Positions 43,761-54,214 of a DNA stretch of 64,000 nucleotides are shown one piece after another. The DNA comes from an uncultured Planctomycetota bacterium (GTDB lineage Bacteria; Planctomycetota; Planctomycetia; Pirellulales; Lacipirellulaceae), in the NCBI GenBank assembly GCA_963719315.1, contig CAVRBU010000002.1, forward strand, positions 1,248,001 through 1,312,000, written 5' to 3'. The number at the start of each line of letters is the position of its first letter. Positions within the stretch are counted from its first letter, which is position 1. The position numbers and the translations under genes were made by a program. Below the pieces are notes generated by a model. It was not told the DNA's origin and searched no databases. It saw only the letters and a program-made list of their open reading frames with translations.

Positions 43761-44663
43761 ATGTCTATGAAACAATATCGAACGGTCGTGCTGGTTGGCT
43801 TCCTCGTCGCGTCCGCACAAGTATTCACTGCTCACTTCGCCAGCAGCGCCCGCGCCGACACGCTCTATGTGTCAACTTACAGCAGCGGCACCGTCGAGCG
43901 GGTTTCGTCGAGCGGTGTCGCGTCCCTGTTTGTCAATACGCTCTCGACCAATCCCTATGGCGTGGCTTTTGACAGTGTGGGAAATCTCTTCGTGGCGGTG
44001 GGCAGCGACATCGAGAAGTTCACCCCCGGCGGTGTAGGCTCGGTTTTTGCCAGCGGGTTGCCGGGTGTTCAAATCGGCTTGGCGATCGATAGCGCGGACA
44101 ATGTGTACGCCGCCAGCAACAGCAATAACGCGATCACGAAAGTCTCCCCCGGCGGCAGCACCTCGAACTTCGCCACAGTTGCCGGCCCGCCCGGCCTTAA
44201 GGGTTTGGCCTTCGACCGCGCGGGCAATCTTTACGCGTCGAATACTCAGGATAATACGATCCGGAAGTTCACGCCGGCCGGTGTCGAATCCCTGTTTGCT
44301 AGCACGTTCTTGCATAACGCGTACGGACTGGACTTCGACAGCCTTGGCAACCTCTACGCATCCAACGCCGGCGACAACAATATTGTACGCTTTACGCCGG
44401 CGGGCGTCGGCTCGGTCTTTGCCATTGGCCTCAATAATCCCCTGGGGCTGGTCATCGACAGCGCCGACAACGTCTACGTTACAAACTTCAACAACGATAC
44501 GATCACGAAGTTTACGCCCGCCGGTGTTGGTTCGGTGTTCGCCAACACGGGCTTGTTGAGCGGTCCCGCGTACATCGCCATCGGGGTCCCCGAGCCCGCG
44601 ACTGGGGCACTACTAATCCTAGCGGCGGCTGGATGGTATTTCCGACGACGACGGGCCGCATAG
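43761..44663 (+). CDS. NHL-repeat PEP-CTERM protein
   Basis: GLAFD..GNLY...I.KFTP.G..S.FA repeats; GVPEPATGALLILAAAGWYFRRRRAA. Confidence 0.9.
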   Translation: MSMKQYRTVVLVGFLVASAQVFTAHFASSARADTLYVSTYSSGTVERVSSSGVASLFVNTLSTNPYGVAFDSVGNLFVAVGSDIEKFTPGGVGSVFASGLPGVQIGLAIDSADNVYAASNSNNAITKVSPGGSTSNFATVAGPPGLKGLAFDRAGNLYASNTQDNTIRKFTPAGVESLFASTFLHNAYGLDFDSLGNLYASNAGDNNIVRFTPAGVGSVFAIGLNNPLGLVIDSADNVYVTNFNNDTITKFTPAGVGSVFANTGLLSGPAYIAIGVPEPATGALLILAAAGWYFRRRRAA

Positions 44664-44812
44664 AATGCTCCATCAACTCATCCATGCGTGAGTCAGTCAG
44701 TCATAAATCGACCGATAGTTGACCCAACCGCGATGAGTAGCGTCTGGCGCCTGAATTCAAGCGGCCCATTTCCGACCTAATTCCCCTGCTCGCCAGACCG
44801 CCAATATTGTGC
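44664..44812 (+). repeat. PEP-CTERM-associated box plus ~95-bp extension
   Basis: 44718-44812 aligns closely with 54108-54201 (gttgacccaacc.cgat...tggcgcctgaattcaagcgg.ccatttccgacc...atattgtgc). Confidence 0.85.
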
Positions 44813-44957
44813 TCCCCAAAGGCCGTTTTGTCTCGGGAAATCAGACGCTTTTCGCAAAAAGTTAAATCAACGTCCTATCATCGCGGCTGTCGCAGTGGTT
44901 TACTGACGTCCCGATCCAATTGTGGACCGTTCCTCTATTGGCAACTGGAGCAACACG

Positions 44958-46281
44958 ATGAAATGTATTCCGAGTGCTATGGTAGTCGCTCTGTCATGCA
45001 CGGTTCGTGGCTCGCTGGTCGTGGCCGGCTCTTTCGTGTTCACGCCTGTCGTCGACACGTCAACGATGGTTCCGGACCAGGCGACAACCTTCACAAGTTT
45101 CGCCAATGGTCCACCTGTATTGGATGCAGGAGATGTCGCGTTCATCGGCGAGTTTAGTGGAGGGCACGGCTGGTATAAAAATGTGGGGGGCAGTCTTACG
45201 AAAGTCGCGGACACGAGTACTGTCGTTCCGGGTGATCCGTTGAGTCATAATTTTGACATCCTTTCTGCCGGCGACATTTCCATAAGTGGTGGTGAGGTGG
45301 TGTTTGCCTCGGGCCGAATCAGCGGAGGCCTGTTCCGCGGAATCTATACCGATGTCGGCGGCGCATTGCATCCCGTAGCCGACGCCAATACGACGATGCC
45401 TGGAACCGCTCAAAAATTTCAGCTGCTGCTGTATCCCAGCATCGACAACGGAAACGTGGCCTTCGCCGGCAGATCGAGCGGCACGCTGCGTGGAATTTAC
45501 ACGGACCTCGGCGGCACATTGCGCCCGTGGATTCCAATGCGTCTTCGCAGAACCATGGACGCACCTCCCTGGATAGTGGCAACATTGCTTACAATTTCCC
45601 CCAAAACTCCGGCATCAAAGCCGAGATCGGTGGTGTCGTATCCACGATTTCGCCCACCGGTCTCGACCCCGCGATAAGTGGTACGAATATCGCCTTCGTC
45701 GGCGATTCGTTCGAGGCAATCTACGCCGATCTCGGGGCCGGCATCGTAACGGTGGCCGATACATCGACGATCGTTCCGGACGGCAGCGGAACATTTCAAG
45801 ATTTCGATAGTGTGTCGATTACCGGCAGCACCCTGACGTTTCTCGGTCGCGATTCAACTGGTCAAACGGGGCTTTATACGAACCTGGGCGGAACGCTGGA
45901 GAAAATCATCGCCGAAGGGGAGACGCTAGACGGACAGACAGTGATTCAGTTGTTCGCTAGTAGGGAAGCGCTAAGCGGCCAGAATGTCGCCTTCGCGGCG
46001 AACTTTGAGGGCGGCTCTCAAGCGATTTATCTAGCAACCTACCAGCCCCCGCTGGAGGGCGATTTCAATAACGACCACGTCGTCGATGCAGCCGACTACG
46101 TCGTGTGGCGCAAGACCGAAGGCATTCAGGCCGGCTACGACGCCTGGCGCTCCCACTTCGGTGAAACGGCCGGCAGCGGCACGGCGCCTTAGCGAATGCC
46201 ACCGTTCCCGAACCAGACACGCTAGTCCTGCTGATATTCGCGACGGCCGGCTGGTGCTTTCGGCCACTCCGGGCCGAATAG
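44958..46281 (+). CDS. Repeat-containing PEP-CTERM protein (frameshifts at ~45525 and ~46185)
   Basis: VAD.ST..P...G.VAF repeats; GDFNNDHVVDAADYVVWR; shifted tail NATVPEPDTLVLLIFATAGWCFRPLRAE*. Confidence 0.8.
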
Positions 46282-46407
46282 AAACTCCAAGCAACTCCAC
46301 AACGCGTCACACACGCCGAAATACCACCGTTTCCTCGGAGTCCCAAAGATCATTCCTCACCCGCTCCCCTCCAGCCAGGTGAAGGAAGCGGAACCGGCTG
46401 CGGCGGC

Positions 46408-46848
46408 CTACGGTACGCTCGATGTATCGAACCGTTCCCTTTTCAACGTCATCGAGCCGGAGATCGTTTTGTTGGCAAAGAAGCGGGGGATCACCCAGCT
46501 GTTTGTGTTGACGGGCACCGTGACGGCAACGGTCACTTCGCTGGTGTCTTTGGTAATCACCGTCGGAGTGACGCTGATTGTCGCGTCGCGGGCGAAGATT
46601 GAATTGAGCACCGCTTGGGCCGAATTGCGGCAGTCGTCGGCGGTGGCTCCCGGAACGATGCCGCGGCGGGCTCCTTCGTAGACCGCGTTCTCGATGCTTT
46701 GCCGGATCATGTTCACGCGGCTGAATTCGAGTGAGGCGAAAAAGAACATGAACAAAATCGGGGCGCAAATCGCAAACTCGACGACGACCGCAGCGGAGCG
46801 GGCGCGTGCTACGCGGGTCATTCGTCGTTGTCGGCTGTACGCGTACAT
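46408..46848 (-). CDS. tadE: TadE-like pseudopilin
   Basis: AAVVVEFAICAPILF...AVYEGARRG. Confidence 0.85.
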   Translation of the reverse strand: MYAYSRQRRMTRVARARSAAVVVEFAICAPILFMFFFASLEFSRVNMIRQSIENAVYEGARRGIVPGATADDCRNSAQAVLNSIFARDATISVTPTVITKDTSEVTVAVTVPVNTNSWVIPRFFANKTISGSMTLKRERFDTSSVP

Positions 46849-46878
46849 GGGCGTAATCTCAACTGCTTGTGGCGTGAG

Positions 46879-48036
46879 TTAGTCGGTGAAAACGACCGGC
46901 AACGTCAGGGCGATTTGCTCGAACGCTTCCTGTAATGCTTGCGCATCGGGGGCAACGTAATTGTTGCCGCCTGTCGCGTCGGAGATCGCTTTCATTTCTA
47001 CTGGATCGGCTTCGCCGTAAGTGATTGTGTGGATGATGATGTCCTGGGCGGCTGCCTGGGCGGCGACCACATGCGGGACTTGGCCTTCGTTGTAAGCGCC
47101 GTCGCTCATCAGAACCATCGTTTTGGCCGCATAAGGACGCGCGGACGGACCCGTCAACACCTGAATGCCTTTGGTAATACCCGCCGCGATGTTCGTACGG
47201 CCGTTGAACTTCGTACCCGAAAGGGTCGCCATCGCCGAAGTGACCGCGGAATTATCTTCGCTCAAGGGGCAATTGATGTCTGAGGCGTTGTTGGTGTAGC
47301 TGCAGGAAGTGTAATCGCTAGCGAAGGAGACCAACGCGACGTGCTCCAACTGGGGCGTGGTGTCGAGCGCATTAACGAAGCGGTCGATACCGATCGACAG
47401 TGCGCCCCATCGGCTCTGCGCCATATTGGGCGGCTGGCAGAACCGCGAATCACCCGTCGACATGGTTCCACTCGTGTCGGTCAGAAAGAGCTTCATCGAA
47501 CTGGAACGATCGACGACAATGCAAATGTCGCGGTCGAGGCGGACGACGGTTGCTGCTTGGACGGGTTGAAAGTCGAACACGTTGAACACCCGGCCGAAGA
47601 AAATCGGCACGCTGCCGGACGGGGCCTGGCGCGTGCGGCGGCCATTGACGCGGACCGCGTTGACCGGCTGCCCGTTCGGCGTAAAGGTCCAGGCGCCGCT
47701 CTCCTGCTGGCTCGATTTGCCGAAGATGACATCGGAGTCGTCCAGCAACAGCGGCTTGCCGGCCACGAGGTTCGCGGCGGCGATGTCTTTCGCGGCCTGA
47801 CGCGCGTAGTCTTCATCCTGGGCGCGGGAGAGGCCTTCGCCGGCGGCGCGGGCGGCCGCGTCGGCGGCAGAGCGGAGCTTGATCTTCGTGAGCTGCATAT
47901 ACGCTACGTCGACCGAGAACGCCACGCTCGCCAAAAAAACGATCATCATCAACGCCGCGAGAACCACGATCGCGCCGCGGCGGGTACGGAGCCACTTTCT
48001 CAAAATACTGCCTTGTTGTCGTCGTGTGCCGTTCAT
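46879..48036 (-). CDS. TadG-like VWA-domain protein
   Basis: RRGAIVVL...AADAAARAA N-terminus; MIDAS DRSSSM, TNI, SDG. Confidence 0.88.
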   Translation of the reverse strand: MNGTRRQQGSILRKWLRTRRGAIVVLAALMMIVFLASVAFSVDVAYMQLTKIKLRSAADAAARAAGEGLSRAQDEDYARQAAKDIAAANLVAGKPLLLDDSDVIFGKSSQQESGAWTFTPNGQPVNAVRVNGRRTRQAPSGSVPIFFGRVFNVFDFQPVQAATVVRLDRDICIVVDRSSSMKLFLTDTSGTMSTGDSRFCQPPNMAQSRWGALSIGIDRFVNALDTTPQLEHVALVSFASDYTSCSYTNNASDINCPLSEDNSAVTSAMATLSGTKFNGRTNIAAGITKGIQVLTGPSARPYAAKTMVLMSDGAYNEGQVPHVVAAQAAAQDIIIHTITYGEADPVEMKAISDATGGNNYVAPDAQALQEAFEQIALTLPVVFTD

Positions 48037-48150
48037 GGTTTGGTCTCTCACGTTCGCACCGGTGGAATCGTCGGGGGCTGTAGGTGCGGAAGTGCATCCC
48101 TCGGCGAAAACTACTCGATTGTGTCTTTACCCATTCATTCCTTCTGCCGT

Positions 48151-48564
48151 CTATTCCTTGACCATGGTTGTGGAACTGGCCAGCGTCTTTCCGCTGTAGA
48201 ACCACAGCGGTAGGAGCGCATTCGCGTTGCAAGGCGCGGAGACGGTGATCGTGACGTGGTCGCCACGGCTGGCGTTGGCGACGTTCGTGGGGCTGATCGC
48301 GACGCTGGCGCCCGTTACGCCGCGGTCCGTGATGATCTGGTTGCAGCGGGCCAAGACCGCGGCGTTGGTGCCGTCATAGTTGATCGCTACGCGGACGCCT
48401 TCGTAGCTGGTGATCGTAAGGCTGTGATCGAGAAAGATCATCGAACAGGCTTCGAGCGAGGCCAGCAACAGAAAGACGATGAGCGGCAGGCAGATCGCCA
48501 GTTCGGCCGCGGCTGCGGCCCGGCGCGTCGATTCTTGAGGCCCACGGGTGCGTGTTAGGAACAT
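48151..48564 (-). CDS. tadE: TadE-like pseudopilin
   Basis: RRAAAAAELAICLPLIV...SYEGVRVA. Confidence 0.85.
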   Translation of the reverse strand: MFLTRTRGPQESTRRAAAAAELAICLPLIVFLLLASLEACSMIFLDHSLTITSYEGVRVAINYDGTNAAVLARCNQIITDRGVTGASVAISPTNVANASRGDHVTITVSAPCNANALLPLWFYSGKTLASSTTMVKE

Positions 48565-49387
48565 CTCGAAGTTTCCATCAGTTGACGACTTCTGCGAAAA
48601 CGCGTCGGCGGCGCGCGAGCACATGCGGCTGACCGGGTACGGGAGCCGAGTGCTCTGGCGAGCCGGTTGGACATATCAAAAGCGATGAATCGCGAATAGC
48701 GAAGCGCGACGGCAAGCCGCATGATTCACTAAACGCCAATTTGATCGTGTGCAGTGCGTGGCGGATTCGGACGAGTTGAAGATCCGCTACGGCAATGGGA
48801 AAAGCGAAAAGTGATGTAACTGAAACAATCGCGGTGGATACCACCATTGGAAGTGTAGCTCACAAATCGAGCGACCGCGGAGTGGACGCATCCCAGCAAT
48901 ACCGGCTCCACAGCGGCCGTGCGACGGCGGGCAACTTGGTGATTTAACGGTTGGCTCCGTCGTGCGGATTGTTCGCGTCTTCCCGTCCGACAACCGGATA
49001 ACTGCCAGCCTATCCGTCACGAGCCTTTTGGCCAGTTTTTTCCGCCGTCCGTTGCCGTTCGATGGGTCGCTTTCCACAACTATTTTTGGCCGTGCGACGA
49101 TCGCGTATCCGTCGTGCTGCGCGAGCCAATTTGCCCTCTCTGCCTTGCACGAACGGGCCTGGGCTCTCGTTGGTTCGGTCGGTGAAGTTGTAGCAGAAAT
49201 CGGTAAGACCCGCCGGCAAAATGTCGTCCGGGCAGAATTGAAATCCAAGAGAAAAAATCGAAGTTGCGACATTTTTGTATTGAGTGTTCGGCGCTGGCGC
49301 GGATAATGAAAGATCTGGCCGGTGGAGAGTGCACGCGCACGATCGCGTCGCACGGCTGTGTGTCGTTTTGCGCCTGGGAGACAGTGT

Positions 49388-50548
49388 ATGACCACCCGCT
49401 CTCGTTCAGCAGCGCGTCCAAGGGCTTTTACGCTTGTTGAACTGTTAGTTGTGATTGCGATCATCGGCATTCTCGTAGCGCTGTTGTTGCCCGCGATCCA
49501 GGCGGCGCGCGAGGCGGCCCGGCGAGCCCAATGCCAGAATCACATAAAGAACCTGGCGCTGGCGTGCCTCAATTACGAATCGACAAAAGGGCATTATCCG
49601 CCAGGATTTGTTAGCCAACCGCTCTTGTACGAGTCATGGGCTTGGAGCACGTTCATCTTGCCCTATGTCGAGGAACAGGCGCTCTACGATCGCTTGAGCC
49701 CCTCGGAGACTTTTCAACAGCCGGTCGATGCCAACCGTATCACGAAGCGCAATCTGGCCGACTTGCTCACAGCGAACAAGGACATCGCCCTGCTACAAAC
49801 GCCAATTCCGGTGTTTCGGTGTGCGTCGGATAGCACCCCCGCGTTGATTCCCGTACCGAATCCGCCCGACCCGCTCTACAGTTTCTGCGGGAGTGGCGGC
49901 GATCCGCCGCAGTGGTCGCGGCATTTCAATGGCCAATATGCGCCAGCCGGCTTTCAGCCGTCCACGTCGAACTACGTCGGCAACAAGGGGATGATCGACT
50001 CGACATGTTCAGGCACCGGCAGTGGAACACCCGCAAGTCCCTGGGTCCCAGACGAGGCGGACTGCAACAACAACGGCATCTTTTTTGGTAACAGCAAGAT
50101 CGGAACCAAGAGCATCGTCGACGGGACGAGCAAAACGTTTTTGATCGGCGAGCGAGACAAGTATTGCCTGGCGGCCACGTGGATCGGCGTCCGCAATCCG
50201 CCTGGCCCCGATATGTGGAGCTCGAATTGGGCTTTGGGACATACGCGCGATAAACCGAATAGCGCGTGCACCGGAAACCATGCCAACACGGATGGCGATA
50301 ATATGTGTACCGAGGGCTTTAGCAGTCCGCACCCGGGCGGCTTGTTCTTCGCTTTTTGCGATGCGTCGGTCCACTTCATCAGCGATGACATCAGTTCGGA
50401 TCCCCTGGCGGGGAACAAGCGTAACTGTACGGCCAATAAGACAGACCCCCTTTCGGTTCGGTGCAGGTCCACGATCGGGCCGAGTGTGATTGGAGTGTAC
50501 CAGCGACTTTCTTGGCGCGATGACGGAGAGGTAATCGACGATTATTGA
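49388..50548 (+). CDS. DUF1559 prepilin-type protein
   Basis: AFTLVELLVVIAIIGILVALLLPAIQAAREAARR; DGTSKT..IGE; HPGG...FCDASVHF. Confidence 0.95.
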   Translation: MTTRSRSAARPRAFTLVELLVVIAIIGILVALLLPAIQAAREAARRAQCQNHIKNLALACLNYESTKGHYPPGFVSQPLLYESWAWSTFILPYVEEQALYDRLSPSETFQQPVDANRITKRNLADLLTANKDIALLQTPIPVFRCASDSTPALIPVPNPPDPLYSFCGSGGDPPQWSRHFNGQYAPAGFQPSTSNYVGNKGMIDSTCSGTGSGTPASPWVPDEADCNNNGIFFGNSKIGTKSIVDGTSKTFLIGERDKYCLAATWIGVRNPPGPDMWSSNWALGHTRDKPNSACTGNHANTDGDNMCTEGFSSPHPGGLFFAFCDASVHFISDDISSDPLAGNKRNCTANKTDPLSVRCRSTIGPSVIGVYQRLSWRDDGEVIDDY

Positions 50549-50611
50549 CAACGATCTGGCTGCGACTGCTGGATTTGTCTTGGCTTTTGAAACTTTCTCG
50601 CTCCTTCAACC

Positions 50612-51004
50612 ATGCCGACAACGCGCTTTATTGGACTTGTCCTGGCATTGTTGCTGATCGCGTCGGCCGGTTGCGGCGGGAGCGCACCGCAGGTGGCGCC
50701 AGTCCACGGACGCGTGACGCTCGACGGGCAGCCGCTTCCCGACGCCAGCGTTGTCTTCAAGGAGTCTGATCGTTCGCCCAGCGGCGGCCGAACCGACAAA
50801 AATGGCAATTATCAATTGATTTACAAGCGCGGCGTCATCGGCGCCTTCATTGGAACGAATCGCGTTTCTATCTTGGAGGACACCCAGGTGACGCACCGAC
50901 CACAGCGCGTGCCGGCTCGTTACAATCAGAACTCGGAGCTGCAGCACGAAGTCAAGCCGGGTGACAACGAAATCAACTTTGATCTCACGACCGAAGGGAA
51001 GTGA
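50612..51004 (+). CDS. Carboxypeptidase-regulatory-like lipoprotein (DUF1559 partner)
   Basis: Lipobox SAGC, V.GRVTLDGQPL, VPARYN..SEL, N.INFDL. Confidence 0.9.
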   Translation: MPTTRFIGLVLALLLIASAGCGGSAPQVAPVHGRVTLDGQPLPDASVVFKESDRSPSGGRTDKNGNYQLIYKRGVIGAFIGTNRVSILEDTQVTHRPQRVPARYNQNSELQHEVKPGDNEINFDLTTEGK

Positions 51005-51112
51005 AAAGAAATGGGAATGGACATCCGTATCCGCCATTCCGAATCAGCAGTTGTTGAATCGTGAGCTTTTCCGACCCAATCCAACTATTGCTTTGCACAA
51101 AGGGATCCTGCC

Positions 51113-54084
51113 ATGACGTTCTACTCGAGAATCCGTTTCACGTCGTTCCAACTCCGTCTTGCGCGCGCTGCCGTGGTTGCCGCCGCCGCGTTCGCGTTCG
51201 CCCCGGCCGCCCACGCCGTCCTCTATTGGGACGCCGATAGCAACCTGGGCGGCGACGGAGTTTGGGATGTGGCGATCACGCCAAACTGGAGTACGACGAA
51301 TGCTCCGGGCGCTCCGGACTCCACGTGGACTCCCAATGACGGAACGCAGAACGCGGAGTTCAACGGCAGCACAGCTTATACGGTGACGATTCCGTCAGGT
51401 ACGACCATCAACGCGAATTCTCTCGCATTCGGCGTCGCGGCAGGAAACATTAAGATCACTGGCGGAACGGTCATCAACATCAGCGATCCGAACAATTCAA
51501 TCGTGATGAATACGAACCTCGTCGGCTCGTCGCGCACAGAGATTATCGAAACGCCCATTGGCGGCACGGATATCACAGTAGTGGCCAATCCTAGCGGAGG
51601 TGTGGGCGGAATTAATGCATTTGTGACACTGGGTCCCAACGCGACGACGGGCATCGCCAACACATTCACCGGCGACTTGATTTTCGGCGGGGCGCAGCCA
51701 GCGGGAGGTTTGACGCAAATCAACATCAATAACCAAGACGCTCTGCCGATCACGGCGACGGTAAGGATGAAACACGATCTCAGTCAGCTTCTGTTCCAGG
51801 CGGGAGGAGCTGCGGGGGGCACGGCCTACAGCCACACATTCAATAACAATATCATTCTTAATGACAGCGGCAGCGGTAAGTTCGGGCGGGTTGGCGTCGG
51901 CGTATCCAGTTCGGCCTCGGTGATTACGCTCGCCGGCGTCATCTCCGGAGACGCCAATTTCGTGGTCGAGCTCGGCAACGGCGGCGGCCAGGGCACCATT
52001 GTCCTGGCCAACCAGGAGACGTACACCGGCTCTACCCAGATCAATACGGCCAACAGCGGGAAGGGAACCCTCCGCCTGGGACTGGACAACGCGATTCCAG
52101 TGGGCTCGACGTTGATTGCGGGCCGGGGCAACTTCGATCTGGCAGGATTCAACCAGCAAGTCGGCGGCCTCGCTGGCACCTCCGCCGCCGGCTGGATTTC
52201 CAATACGGGTGGGAGTACTTCCACGCTAACCGTCAGCGGCGAATTGAACGGCACTTTTGTAGGCACAATCGGCGCTGTCGGCTCGAACCTGCCCGGGTCG
52301 AACGACAACGAAGCCATAGTGCTGGCCTCCACAAACACCGGCAGCGTGACTCTTAGTGGCAACGGAAACTCGTACAGCGGTGGCACCACGATTAGTGGCG
52401 GTAAACTTTTCGCCGCTAACGCGACCAACACGAACTCGGCTACCGGCGTCGGCCCGGTCACGGTCAATGGCGGCGGCACGCTCGGCGGCAACGGCAGCGT
52501 CGGCGACAATTTGCTGTTCGTAGGGACCGGGAGACGTCTCCGTCAATTCAGGCGGTCATCTGCAACCCGGCTTGAGGACCGGCAACCTGATCGGTACCCT
52601 GACCGTTTTCAACGCTCTGACGCTCAACAGCGGTTCTAATCTCGACATGGATCTGGGCGCTCCTGCGCACCGGCGGAGGCACGAGCGACCGCATTGATAT
52701 GCCCGACGCCTATTCCAATGGCGGCTTTGCCCTGACCGTGCCCGCCGCGGCAAGTAGCATTGGCGTCAATCTCAGCGACCCAGCCGGCGGCGCCGCGGGC
52801 AACGGCACCTACACGCTCATGTCCTTTCAGGCAGGCAAGTACACCGGCAGCAGCAATGCCAGTCAGTTTCACACTAGCTCCATGCCCAGCCCTAACAGCC
52901 TCAACGGCGCGACGATCGCCTACCACCTGGCCGACGACAGCAACACGATTCAGGATGGCAACCCGAGCGCCGCTACGCGAGTAATCGTGACGATTACCGG
53001 GGGACCGAATGCGTTGCTATGGACCGGTGCGTCAAGCGGCACTTGGGACGTGGGCCCTCCTAACAATTTCACGAACGTCGGCACCGGCAGCAGCAGCGCG
53101 TTCGCTGCCAACGACAACGTCACGTTTGATGACACGGGCGCTAACACAGATCCTATTACCGTCGCGACCGGCGGCGTTCAGCCGAACATTGTGACCGTGA
53201 ACAACACCAATACCGCCTACACTTTCTCCGGCGGCGAGATCAAGGGGAGCAGCGTCGGCGGCGGCGGTGGGATGTTCTTGAGAGGCACGGGTGCCGTTAC
53301 GATCAATAGCAATTACACCGCCGCGGGGCCGATCACCAGCAACAAAACGGGAACCGGCACGGCCACCTTCAACGGAAACATTACGGCTGCCACGTCCCTG
53401 ACGGTCAACGGCGGAACGGTCACGCTCGCCGGCGCCAACACGTACACCGGCGATAACACCGTCAACGGTGGTTCGCTAGCCGTTCAGGGCGCGTCGGCCA
53501 CCTTCGGTGGCGGAAACCTGTCCGTTAATGCGGGCAGCGCCAGCATCGCGGCCGGCGTTGCAAACGCAATCCTCGATACGGCGATCCTCACGCTTGCCGG
53601 GGGCGGAACGGCAAACACTCCTGACACCGGTTTCATCAGTCTAGACGCGGGTATCAATGAGCAGGTGGGCTCGCTCGTGCTGGGAACGACGGCGTTCACC
53701 AGCGGAACATTTGGCGCAACGGGCAGCGGTGCTCAAAACATCATGGATGAATACTTCGCTGGGATGGGCATCATCACGGTTATGGGCGGCCTGCCGGGCG
53801 ACTACAACCTCGACGGCAAAGTGGACGCCGCCGACTACGTTCTGTGGCGCAAAAACCCTGGCGCCTATGGCGGCTCCCCCGCGGGCTACGACACATGGCG
53901 CGCGCATTTCGGCCAGACCGCCGGCAGCGGCGCGGCCAGGTACCCTCTGGGTGCCTCCGCCAATTCGTTATCGGCGGCGGTGCCCGAGCCAGCGAGCTTT
54001 TTGCTCGCAATGCTCCCGCTAGTCAGCATGCTTTCCTGGCGGCGAAAGGCAAAGGTTCAAGTCTCAAAAGTCATTCGCGCTTAA
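51113..54084 (+). CDS. Autotransporter-associated beta-strand repeat protein with dockerin-like module and PEP-CTERM (frameshifts at ~52525-52680)
   Basis: LYWD, NSYSGGTTISGG.L, ANTYTGDNTVNGG.L; GDYNLDGKVDAADYVLWR; AVPEPASFLL...WRRK. Confidence 0.85.
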
Positions 54085-54201
54085 GACGAGACAGCAAACC
54101 ACTGTTCGTTGACCCAACCACGATTGTCCCGTGTGGCGCCTGAATTCAAGCGGTCCATTTCCGACCCAAATTCCCCACTCGCCAACCGCCCGATATTGTG
54201 C
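54058..54201 (+). repeat. PEP-CTERM-associated box plus ~95-bp extension
   Basis: GTCTCAAAAGTCATT...AAACCACTGTT then the segment shared with 44718-44812. Confidence 0.85.
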
Positions 54202-54214
54202 GACACGAAAACTG

